From positions 9,662,213-9,726,212 of the forward strand of contig OZ234493.1 of the NCBI GenBank assembly GCA_965153455.1: DNA of 64,000 nt, read 5' to 3'. The DNA comes from Sphagnum compactum. Lineage: Eukaryota. Under the pieces are notes generated by a model. It made no database searches and had not been told where the DNA came from. It saw nothing but the letters and a program-made list of their open reading frames with translations. The position numbers were made by a program, and so were the translations under genes. Within the stretch, counting starts at the first letter, position 1; each line of letters starts with the position of its first letter. Positions 12,688 to 24,087 of the stretch are shown piece by piece.

Positions 12688-12882
12688 ATGACAAGGGGAA
12701 ACCAGAGAGAGAAGGACAGAGAGAGGGCTGCAGCAAGGAATGGGGGAAAGTCCAAAACAAAGGATGATGGTCTCACTCCAGAGCAGCGTCGAGAAAGGGA
12801 TGCAAAGGCCTTGCAGGAGAAAACAGCAAAAAAGGCAGCGTCTGGTGGGTCTGAGGCAGCCTCTGGCAAAACCAAGAAATGA
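12688..12882 (+). CDS. SERF: SERF/4F5 family small EDRK-rich factor (64 aa), single coding exon
   Basis: MTRGNQREKDRERAAARNGGKSKTKDDGLTPEQRRERDAKALQEKTAKK carries the MTRGNQR and GLTPEQRRERDAKALQEK signatures of plant SERF proteins. ATG at 12688, TGA ends at 12882. Confidence 0.95.
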   Translation: MTRGNQREKDRERAAARNGGKSKTKDDGLTPEQRRERDAKALQEKTAKKAASGGSEAASGKTKK

Positions 12883-14354
12883 CATCTGTAGGTCATCACC
12901 TGTACATCTCAAGAACCAAACTCTGGTACAAGCCTTTCTCATGCCTGGGGATATGGTTTCTCTGTCTAGATTCTGCAAATGCTGATGTTTATGGATTTAG
13001 ATCATTGTTCACATTGACTTGAAAACATGTGATCCAAAATGTGAAAGGCCAATCTGAAATTAGTAGTCCAAGAACTGAGTATCAGAATGAAATTTGTTTT
13101 GTTGACTTGAAGTTTATAGTTAGGTACTGTTGATCACAATTTACAGTCAAAGCAGAATGATGGTGTTGGTGACCCAGTGTTCAAACAGTATATGCTGATA
13201 CTTCGAAGCTTAAAAAGCGTTGTAGCTTCACAGGAGCCATTGGATATAGAAATATCAGGTCTTTTAGCTTTCAGATATTTTTTGGACAACCTCTCGATTT
13301 GGGTTTTGGAAAAGGAGTTGACATGAATGGATTGCATTGCATTGTTTTAGGTTCACAGGATGCAGGGAGTGAGAACAAGGTTCGGAGCTTTTCATAGAAG
13401 AGGAAGTAGATTGCATGGTCAACTCAAGTAAGGTGTTCCGTACATTAAATGTGGGGTATGCTGGTACCCTGCATTGTCAAAACAATTGAAAGTAGGTCGT
13501 GATGCTTGTTGCAGTCCAGCTTTCTGGACTTGTTTTATGGAGTTTATGGTGTATGATTGTGGTGGTCCTCAAATTGCCAATGTTACCCATGTCCTTTGTT
13601 GGTAGGGTCATAGAAGGTGTCTGATGGGGTTAAGAGGCTAAATGAAGGTCTGTCTTTATCTGAGATTCTGGATATGAGTTCACCCCTGGAAAGCTCAGTC
13701 CAGTTATGCATTTGTTGTTTGATTGACAATGTTTTGAGTTTTGTGTGATGCTGTAATAAAAAATCACTGAGAAAGGATACACATGTGGGATTGACAGTTT
13801 GTTGCCTTGTGTTCAATCTCACAGTTCTGTGAATCAGGATCATTAATGGGTTATGTCTTATGTCCTTGTGTCTGGAGGTGACTGTTGTAAGATTTCTAGG
13901 GCAAGAGGTATTCATCTGCTGGAAAATGTGGGTTAGCAATACCAAGTAGCTGATAGTCAGTTCAAGCAATTCTGCATGCATCAGATTTTGGAAATGTGTG
14001 GATTGTTACACTTGCCATTTACCTTCAACCTAATGATGAAAGTGTATTGCTACCTTCCTACTTTGTCTCCAACCTAGATGAAAATGTGAGACATAAAAAG
14101 GCTTTGCTGACCTTGATTAAAGTGGCCAAATTAAAATCCAGTTTTTGACCACTACTTCAAGTGCTTTGAATAGGTACATACAGAGATGATGATGTTATGT
14201 TGTGTGGGTACCATATTTTGATGTGTTCCAGTTGTGGCCAAGAGGGCTTTGGACATTTCTGATCCCCAAGACCAAGATACAGGTGTAGGTCTCAAACCCA
14301 GAAAGATTCTCAAAATAGTTTCTTGTACATAGAGAGGTACATGCAAGCTTGAGG

Positions 14355-14860
14355 CAAATCTTAGATCTGTGGACTGCAAGATCTTTCTCATGTGTTGCTC
14401 AATTTTGGTCCTTCAACATTGCAAATGCACACTGTTCGTGAGCAAAGTGTCAGATGTTACTACTCATTTCTTGCTTGAATTTGGTCATATGACATCCCAG
14501 TGTGACAATGCTTAGAAATCCAGATTGCAAGATGGTACTCGTTTCTTGCTCCAATTTGGTCACATAACACTAGTGTGCCAAGTCTCAGATCTCTGAATTT
14601 GAGGATGTTACAAGTCAATGTTTGCTTGGTTTTGGTTCTTTTAACTGTGCATTCTTGTAATTCTTAGATCTCTGGTTTCAAGAACATACTCATTTCTTAT
14701 CTAAAGTTGGTCATGTTGGCAATTCTTAGATCTGTGGATTGCAAGTCCTGGCAAGAACTGGGTTAAGAATGAGTTCCTCAATTCTTGCTGGAACTTGGTT
14801 AAGCAATGTTTGATGCAATGTGACAGACTCTTAGGTCTCTGGATGCAGAAGCAATGAGAA
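14355..14860. repeat. Degenerate ~65-75-bp tandem array
   Basis: The core cttagatct(g/c)tgga.tgcaag...ctca.ttcttgct..a.ttggtc recurs at ~14360, 14450, 14510, 14584, 14664, 14726 and 14830. Confidence 0.7.
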
Positions 14861-15337
14861 GATTCACGAATCAATGTGGCAAAACTGTTAAAAGATCTGG
14901 GTGGTGGGAGTCAATGGGAAGACTCAAGCATGATGTTGTAAAAACTAGGATCTCTGCTGGGACCAACAGAAGGTTCATATTTCAACTGGAGTTTAGAGAC
15001 AGAAACAAAATAGTAAGCAGACCCAACACAAAAGCAAGCTGTAAAATCCCAAAGAACAGTTACATCAGATTGATGCCAGTGTTAATGTATTGGTTGTTTT
15101 CAAAACAGCACAAATCCTTTCCTGGTCCAATCACTTCCAATTGCTTGTCACTGCAGGCATCTTTTTCAATAGGCCTGAAAGACCTTGTGTTTTACTGCCA
15201 GAAGGGAGTAGTAGAAAAAACCATGAAGTACTGAAACAATGGGCTCCACGTGGCAAGCTGTTGGTATCACTAATTCACTGCTCTTGACCAAAAGATACTC
15301 ATCAACCTTGTATGACTGTAGGAGATCTCCTCAGAGC

Positions 15338-18300
15338 CTATACATGCGTCCCTACTGCCTGCAAAATCTTCTTCCTTGGTCCCTGTTCAGATTACCAAAA
15401 ACACAATCGACTTAGAACATTGGAGTTTGTTAATGGAAAGCTCCGTATCAAACAATGCTCCCCTCCATACTTGTGGACAAATACTCTCAACCTGCTGAGA
15501 TGTACATGTAAACCTTGAACAATATTACAAATCACCTGGACTTGGTTTCCTACACTGGTGGTCAAAGGAATGCATTTCTTGACAAACTGGATAATTGTGC
15601 CAGGATATGCCATTACCAACTATTGCTTCTGTATTAATAATCAAGAAGAAAAATTAGTGAAGAAAAATCAGCAGTGCCAGTTTCTCAAAAAAGGTACTCC
15701 AACCGTTGCTTTGATGAGACTCCTTTTCATAACCCCTCTTGAGTAGAAAACTCAAGAAAGTTCCATGTTCTTTGATATTAAGGTTTAAATGTACTCAGAC
15801 AATGGAACAAGGGCAAAAGACACAGAGCAGCAAGAGAAGGAAGTGGCAAGAAGGGACAGAAGCAAAAAGAATATAAATACTGTTCTTGAAGACGTATTAC
15901 AACTTTGCAAAAAAAATTGAGGACAAGAAACAAAACATGACCACATATGGGGGCATCTGTCCTAGAAACCCACTCTGTCAACAGAAATTCCTTTTGTACA
16001 AATTGTAGGTGAGATACTGACCATAGGTACCCCGAGTTCTTTCAGATCATTGTCAGTCATGTGCCGCAGTGCAGCCATATCCACCTGCAAAATACTCAAA
16101 GATTGCTCATGATCAGTTGTCCAAGCAATTAATCCCTACCACACTACCTATTTGTGAGCAGCATCTCTTCTCACACATCAAACACTATCCACATATCAGA
16201 ATCACATTGCACAACATCAATTCCAGCATAGATAAAAGCTGAAGTCATTGGTGCCTACAGAAAACATGTTCCATCTCATCACATAGACTTCAATATCTGA
16301 GGTGACTCAATCAGCTCAAACATTGAGAAATGCTGTCAGGAATTTACTGCAACAAAAAATCTGTTTGTCAGCAGTTTCTATCAAGAGAATAAGCTTGAGG
16401 TCATCATGGTTGATGAAGAAGATTTAGGGGATAACTGATAATTTACCTCTTCAGCCTGAAAAGTTATGGAATATTTTCCCAGTCCTAAGGAATGAAGTAG
16501 ACCACCTACTGTTTGATCATCACCCTGCATATCCCCACAGCTCAACGAATGGCAACATCAATCAAATTTCAGAGTCAGGGTCAGACAATCTGCAGGCCAC
16601 ATCCCAGATAAGCAGCAAAGTAAAAAGCAATGTAGAGCAGTGCTTTACTATTGTGTGATAGCACTACAGGGGCTAACAAGACCATGACCCAAAATAACCA
16701 AGGCCTGGCTAAAATTTAGCATGAGACCTGAAACATGCAGGTGGAAATCCATAGTTCACAGAAAGGAAATTGTAGTTTACCCCACCAGATGTCTTCTGCA
16801 GTGGGGTGGATCGTTCAGGTTGAGCTACATTGGAAGTGCTGCGGACTACTGAAGGTAGACGGTGCTGGAGCTCAGTACCACCAGGAGCTTGAGCAACAGG
16901 TGGTCGTTGAGTGACAGGACCTGATAATTTCTCTCGCAAGTCTGACATGCCGGCATTGGGGCCTCTGGTGCTTCTTCCACTGATCCTGGATTCCTGCTGG
17001 GCTAGCTTACTTCGAAGATCCTGAGAGTCTACCTGGCTGTCTGAAGTTTTGAGTTAAAGAAAACATAAGACCTCAATGTCACCTGTCAAGAAATATAACA
17101 TGTAAACCTAAAGTGCTCTGGAGGAAGATCTAAACAATATCCAAGACTGCTCTTGAACATAATGCATGATTCAAACACCAGACTTCTCTAGGTTACAGAT
17201 GCATCCAGGTCACTTCGACACATAACACCCAGCAACAAAAGATGGCAATTCATCTTGTCAGAGATAACAGTGAGACTTATTGTAAGAGGGAAAAAAAGAA
17301 TCCAGTCAGAAAAATAAACACTGATCATATGCAAGATACTGACAATTTGCCCTTCCTCAACATCCTTATCTTCAAAGAGATCATGCTTCCACTTTCCATC
17401 ATCTTCACGTGCGCTGGAAACCCCAAACCCATCAAGAATAAACTCTGTGAGCAACATAAAGATCCCGACTTGACAAATTTCACCAATTTTCATCCAGATG
17501 GCAGGTGTTCTTTCTTCATCAAAAGTAAGTTCTCCACACGTTCTTAGTTAAGACAAAGGACTTGACACTCTAGGGTACGGAGCTATGGTGCTTCCAGAGG
17601 GAACGATGAAAGCAAAAGTGTGTGGTATGAAATCCCAGCTCCAGTAACAATGTGTGCTCTGAAATACATCTCCATGATACCTGAGCCCAATTGAAGAGAA
17701 AACTCCACTAGAACATGTAAAGTAACCAAACAAATCTTAAGTCAGTTCTGGCCATACTGAAACAAATCAGAAAAGAACAAGTGCAGTCATCACCTAGTGA
17801 GTGTTGCTCATAAAGTATCTGACCATCCAATTCATCATGATCAGAAGTGACTAGCTGCCATAACATCTATGTAACTATAATCATACTGCAAAACAACCAT
17901 GCAAGTGTTGACCTAAACACTAAAAGTAGTTCTACATGTTGCTTAGCATTTGAGCAATACAACATGTCAACAAGTCACAGAGGACCAAACCAATACTGTT
18001 CAATGTCTGAGTCCAAGAGAACAGATCTCCAAGCAACATCTTTGGAAATGGGGGGAATACTTTCAGATTGTCCCAAACTATTGGAGCTGTTATTCATGTG
18101 GTTGAGAAAGAAGAGGAACCAAAGCACCCTAATTCTGAATACAGAGACCCACCGTTTCCCATTATTTTGCCTGCTGAAAGAAAAGTGCTCTACATTCCCT
18201 CCCAACCGGTCTCGTATAGACCGCCTCCTGAAATTTCTTGCTCCAATTTCACGATCAGCATACATTTCCGTGGGCACCGAAAGAAACTGTTTAACAGCAG

Positions 18301-18709
18301 CACAGACCTAATCAAATTTAGGGCAAAAGGAACCACCAAATCTGGTTTGTGGTAGTCAGAAGCCGAAAACACACTCATTGTGACGTGCACAACACATCGC
18401 AATATGCAGGAAAAAGCTTCCCCCAAACAAAATGCAAACAATTCCATGCCTATCACATTTTTGAACACTGAATGCATTGGGTGTAATACATAATAGTATG
18501 CAGGAAATCCAACATTTGCATTCTACAACACATTCCCCGAAATACAAGGCTCTGAAATTTGGCAAAGAGAAGAATCTCCTGCTTCTTGCAAAATAACTAA
18601 CCGCCTACGTCAAACAGCGTAAGGAAAACAGGAGAAGAGAGCCGCATGCACGCACCCCTCGCTGCCCGTCGCGCTCCTCGCTACTAGCATTAACTCGGGG
18701 TCGAGACAT
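15338..18709 (-). CDS. Sterile alpha motif (SAM) domain protein (At3g07170/At5g48680-like), 7 coding exons
   Basis: Exons 18709-18656, 18286-18153, 17413-17340, 17040-16781, 16524-16447, 16084-16022 and 15382-15338. All introns are GT-AG and the phases are consistent. The protein reads ...MYADR...RSIRDRLGG...KRAREDDGKWKHDLFED...DLRSKL...DLREKLSG...VGGLLHSLGLGKYSITFQAEEVDMAALRHMTDNDLKELGVPMGPRKKILQAV*, ending in a canonical C-terminal SAM domain. The family-typical start MYAD is at 18265. Confidence 0.93.
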
Positions 18710-19014
18710 CCAACTCCCCTTCCGATGCAAACTTAAAATCTCCCTCTCCCAACCGCCTCCTGCCCCCGCAAGAAAATACAGCAGAACAGACAGAGGGAGC
18801 TTAACCAACCCCAGAAAAATCTCTACTGCCGAAAAGACGAGTCTTCGAGCTACGCCAGTGTCATCACTAGGAAAACAAAAAGCTGCAAAAACCACGTCTG
18901 GTTAAATCCACGCACGCATTTCTCGAGCCACACACGCAACAGAATGCACGAAAACAACAAACAATTCCGTGTCGTCCAACTGCGTTCTCTGAAGCGAAGG
19001 TGAAACAGAGAGCA

Positions 19015-19260
19015 TCCCCAAACCCTAACCCCCGCCGTGGACAAAAAGGGTAGGCCAAGAAGGTCCTTCATCTCTTATTGGCTCCCATGATTCATAACCG
19101 CCTAAATGAGGAGCCAGTGTGAAAAGGCACGACGAAAAAGTCCCGTGACAGCCAATAAATTCGTGGGCAATTTGTCGGCCTTCCTGGCCAAACAGTTTTG
19201 TCCATTAGGTCAGTTGCTAGGGTTTCTAATGTTAGGGTTTGGAGTTTTAGGGTTTCGTGG
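19015..19260. promoter_or_regulatory. Bidirectional promoter between the SAM gene (-) and SPT4 (+), with telo-boxes and CCAAT boxes
   Basis: Telo-box aaaccctaa at 19020-19028, ttagggttt at 19232-19240 and ~19248-19256. Oppositely oriented CCAAT boxes: attgg at 19077-19081 and ccaat at 19152-19156. CT-rich leader-like sequence on each side. Confidence 0.65.
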
Positions 19261-19796
19261 GACTCTTGCTGTTGCTGTTGTTGTTCCTTCTTCTTCTCGT
19301 GTGCGTTATCCGATTCCCTTTTCGAAATCTGTTTTGTTGGGTTCTGCGATCTCTCTTGCGATTGCGAGCTTGTGTTTGTTGTTGGCAAGGACCGCAGATT
19401 TTCGTCCTGCAGAAATTTTAGCGGTAGTCTTACGAGTGATTGTCTCCAACAAAGCGCTTAGGTAGCAAGTCCGGATGTTCGCCGAGTTTGAGCAGTCTAC
19501 GGCAGCATCTTGAAGAGAGGCGAATTGGAAATCCAGGTTAGTTGCCGCTCTTCGGATACTCTTTTTTTTTGCCGCGACTTTCTCGTTTCTTCTGTCGATG
19601 TCCTTGTCTTTGAATGAGAAGCTCGTGGAGAATTTCAATGGGGTTTCAGGTCATCCTTGGGGCTACCTACTATCGCATTGTTCGGAGCTCATGGTGCAAC
19701 GGGAAGCTGTTTGCTCACCTCCTTTCTAATGTAACCTTGGTGAATGATTATGGTATGGTTTCAGGAGGCCAGGGAGCAAGTGAGGGAGTGGACAAG

Positions 19797-21037
19797 ATGG
19801 TTAGTCATGCAGCGCAGGTGCCTACCAGTTTTGGGCGAGAGTTGAGGGTGTGCTTACGATGTGCACTTGTGAAAACTTATGATCAGGTCTATCTTGTCCC
19901 TTCTTTGAGCATGAATTGTTGAGGCTGGATTTTCTTTCATTTGGAAGATCAATTTGGCACCGGAGTTCAAAGGAATTGATTGCTCTGAGAAGCACGTTGT
20001 ATGCTTGGAAAGTATCATGGACAAACAAGTTGAAGTCTGGTTTTAGCTTGGAGTGTCCATTGGAGACTGAGACAGGGATTTGTCTTGCATAAATTCTTGG
20101 CAGACTTTTTTTATGAGTATTTCCAGAACGAGAAAAGATCAATGGAGAGTTGGTATGTGCACATCTTTGAGTGTTTGCTGAATATTATCTAACTTGGAGT
20201 TATGTCATGATCATTCCAGTTCAAAGATTCGGGATGTGAAAACTGCCAGTTTTTCAACATGGACAAAGACCATGACCGGGTGTTGGAGTGCACAACTCCC
20301 AATTTTGCAGGGTATGATTGTGCTGTCCATCCACTCCCCCTATTTGATCCGGAGACAGAAACAAAACAGAAGTTTGTGACATCTTTTGTGTTGGTGGTGG
20401 CATTGGCCACCTCTCTAATGTTAAAACACTGGTTGATATATATTTGCAGGGTTATTTCCTGTATGGATCCTACCAGCAGTTGGGCGGCTCGATGGCTGAG
20501 AATAAGTATGACCTTGTCTTCACCTGGTCACATTTTGTCGTCTTGAATCCTGTTCCTGCTACCTGTGGAAGGAAGGACCTTGCTGTTGAATCTCTAAAAC
20601 CTCAACAAGATGGTTGTGATTGAATAATTGACTGATATGATAGAGCTCAACCCCAAGACCATAGTGGGGAGGGCTTTGACTGGTATTGTTTGCACACAAA
20701 CATTCTGGACATTTTGTCACTGTTTGTACATGTTCCTCTATGTAAGATATCTACTTACATTGACAGCTTGCAAATTTATTTTTCTTCTGTAGGCAAGTTT
20801 GTACCAGGCTGTTATGCACTGACAGTTACAGGGGAACTTTCTGAGGAGATGCAGGTATGTCTATTGCAGCTTCTGCCCAATTGCTAGTTTTTCTCAGCTT
20901 AATTCATGAGAAGAATTAGATTACATGAGACTTACAGGTTTCCACTGGGTTTGAGGTGTATGGATATTTTGATGGTTAATTTGTGTGTGCAGGCTATTTG
21001 TGAGGACAACAAGGTGCGATATGTGCCGCGGTCGTGA
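19797..21037 (+). CDS. SPT4: Transcription elongation factor SPT4, 5 coding exons
   Basis: Exons 19797-19886, 20220-20311, 20450-20505, 20793-20854 and 20993-21037 (GT-AG, in phase) give MVSHAAQVPTSFGRELRVCLRCALVKTYDQFKDSGCENCQFFNMDKDHDRVLECTTPNFAGVISCMDPTSSWAARWLRISKFVPGCYALTVTGELSEEMQAICEDNKVRYVPRS. It has the CxxC...CxxC zinc site and SWAARWLRI/PGCYAL motifs. Confidence 0.97.
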
Positions 21038-21765
21038 CATCATGACCATACCATATATTTCTATTCTTCACCATGCCCACCATGCCAATTGAACATAAGC
21101 ACAAGCATGTGAATTCTCTATTTGGGTGATTGAACAGTAGATGGCTGCCAAGTCACAAAACTTGCCACTGAATTGACAATTTTAGAGCTTGTAAGGACTA
21201 GTGCTCTCAAAATGCTATTTCACAAAAGTCCATTTGTAAACCAATCCTCAACTTTACTGCTTCTCAGGCCTTACTACGATACCTTTGATTTGATATGTAA
21301 AGCACTATTCCTGTCAAGGCCTGCTCTTGAACTCATAGTCTGAACTTGGACTACCCAGTATCTTCATCTCAAAGTGCCATAGATGAAGATTGCATTACAA
21401 AAGTTTTTACTAATGTCCATCAGGTGTTACCTGATCTTTTGCAGTCATTTCTAATTCCAATTGCAGAAGAGGTGAAGAACTAACTTCCAGACATCTTTTT
21501 TAAAAAACCCATTTTCAAATGTATGGAGCGTTGTATGTACATTTTCCTACTTTTGCTACTTTTAATACCATTTCCAACCAAGAACCTATAATGAAGTGTA
21601 CTTTCCAAACTATGGGAAAAATCCCAATTCAAGGCACATCCTGAGTGGATGCCTTGTTCAATGTCCCCAACACAAGAAAATGTAGCATGTGGTCCATAAA
21701 TCAACCTCAACTCCTGATATCATTCTCACCTTGTCTAGCTTGAGAAATGCTGCGCCCAGTCTTCT

Positions 21766-23670
21766 CTAGAGACTCTCATTGAAAACCATCTCCTGCAGCA
21801 CCCAACTCAGAAGATTAGATACTCATCACCTAAAACTGATATATCATACACTCCCAGATGTCAATACTTCTCTTGACAAACAACTGCACATTTCCAAAAT
21901 CAGATTTTGCACTTGAATTTGTCTAACTCTTGCACTTTCTTAATCTTGTTAACACATCTCTGCATACAGTTATGCAACTCTAATGCACTCCCAACTCTTT
22001 GCAACACTTGCTGAAATTTTGCTTTTCTGTGAAGCTCATTCAACATATGTGAAGCAGGTCAAGACTGATGAGCACTCATGCAGACTTGGGCCAACTAGCA
22101 CCAAGTCTACAAGCAGAGTGCAGGGGAGGAGAAAGACAGTGTGTGCTGAAATCAGAACAGACATCACCTTGTCACACATGGGGCAGTGCTTGCTGTACTC
22201 CATCCATCCATAAATACAAGCCAAGTGAAAATGGTGGCCACATGCAGTACTAATCTTCGGATTCTCCTCTGTGTAACCTGCCAATCTCCATTTTCCATCA
22301 GACAATCTCTTTTTGCAGTGCCTTTCAACTGAGTTCAACAAAAAGCTCTGCCCTAAAAACCTTGCACTACTGGTTTCACAAAGAGTTTGGACCAAAATTC
22401 AGATACAAGAAATAAACCCATTAGTTCCAAATATCAATCTACTCCATTCCAATACAGAAGGCAACAAATCATGCAGCCAGCCAAGAGAGAATTGCAGCAC
22501 AGCAAAAACATGAAACACAATGGCAAGATAAATCTTTGATCTTTGCATGCTGATAGATCCTTTGACTACAACTGCTCTTCACAAAACACCTAACACTGAC
22601 TGCACATATGGAATTTCTCAATTTTCCTCTCTGGAGAGCTGGTTTGCAACAAAGGAGCCTGAGCAAAAGAATAGGTTTAAGTACAAACAGTAAAGAACAG
22701 CAGCAAAGAGCCAGATGTGGTTGTATGACTTCTACAGAAAACCTCTGTGAACCTTGCTCAACAATGCTACAGAAATGGAAGCAAAACATTTGAGAGAGAT
22801 TTAAGTCAAGAAACTAACCATCAAGGCAAGTGGGGCACATATCCTCATCATCAACAAGGGAGAGTGTGGACTCAACCCTAGCAAACCCCTTTGATGACAG
22901 CAAATACTTTTCAAAGGAACCCAGCTTAAACCCTTGACCTAGTTCTTGGTGTTCACTTGCGCCATCATTGCGTCGCTGCTGCACAGGTGCCAAGGCTTCT
23001 CCAACTTTTGCTGCACCATGGAGGAGGTTCATTTGCTGCAAGGGTTCCATCTCTCCAGCATGCATATGACTCATATCACTCTTCTCCTGCCTTGATACTA
23101 AACCATCACCAACAGCACCAAGATACCAAGCTTCTGCATCATATGGTAAGGGACGTCGTGGTGGTGGCGCCTGGAATGATTCAGGTAATGATGTGTCTAC
23201 ATTGTTGTTGTTGTTGTTGCCACTTAATAAGCCCGCTGTTGGTGATGTTGAGACTCGGTACTGACTAGGAGACAAGACATCCCGATCGTCTACATCATCA
23301 AACCATGTGGAATACTGCATGGAATTCCATTGAAAAATGGAATCCATACTCGTCTGATCAGAAATTTCACTGGTGGAGGAACCAGGCCACAATTTACTGA
23401 ATCCAGTTTGAGCATTCAAATCCACAGTGCAGCTGCCCCCTTCAAAGACGAATGCTCAAAAGAAGCGAAACCTAAACCCAAAAGAAGCAAAACAGGAAAA
23501 CAATAGTTTGTGACAAGGAGAGTGTCAGAGAGGGAAGGGGATGATACCATGCGAAGAAACCCGCACACGCAACGGCGCAGACATACGCAATTCCGGTCCA
23601 TACTTCCATTTCGAAATGCCGTGTATTCTTCAAAATCCTGGGGATTTAGGCAACAGCAAACTGCACCCAT
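21766..23670 (-). CDS. RING-H2 (C3H2C3) E3 ubiquitin ligase, RHB1A/At3g02290-like, with MG.CCC acylation-type N-terminus; 4 coding exons
   Basis: Exons 23670-23548, 23314-22819, 22277-22168 and 21792-21766. Sequence includes MGAVCCCL..., PPPRRPLPYDAE, and the RING domain DEDMCPTCLDGYTEENPKISTACGHHFHLACIYGWMEYSKHCPMCDKEMVFNESL*. Confidence 0.93.
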
Positions 23671-23899
23671 TCTTGCTCACCTCTCTCTCTCCCACCGCGC
23701 CTCTTCTCCCTTACTCTCTTAATGGACTCCTTTTCTCTTCCTCTCTACTACAACTGTGCCCCCATCGCTTCCAGCTCTCTCTGCCTAATCCCATGCTGCA
23801 TTGCCATGCTAAACCCAAAACCCTAAACTCTGCCTTTAGCCTACTGCTACTCGAAATTCCTCAATTTGTCTCAACATCGATAGAAAGTCTTGTCCGTGA

Positions 23900-24087
23900 T
23901 CCATACAGACGAAATCTATCATACGGATGAAATCTATCCTATAAATAAAATCTGTCGTGTGGATGAAATCAATTTTTTTCATGTGGATGAAATCGACCAT
24001 ATGCATGAAAGCTATCCTATGGATGAAATAAAATTCTCATATGGATGATATTTACCCTATGGATGAAATACATCCTACAGATGATGA
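23900..24087. repeat. Tandem array of ~20-25-bp units with core ATGGATGAAAT (about 9 copies)
   Basis: ...atacggatgaaatctatcct..., gtgtggatgaaatc, atgtggatgaaatc, atgcatgaaagc, ctatggatgaaat, atatggatgatat, ctatggatgaaat, located just upstream of the RING gene leader. Confidence 0.85.

Noticed and set aside
12547..12985. 143-aa and other ORFs overlapping SERF
   Set aside because: These are antisense or alternative-frame shadows of the real CDS.
23900..24087. CRISPR-like appearance of short regularly spaced repeats (also 14355-14860)
   Set aside because: The units are degenerate tandem repeats without unique spacers, the context is eukaryotic, and there are no cas genes.
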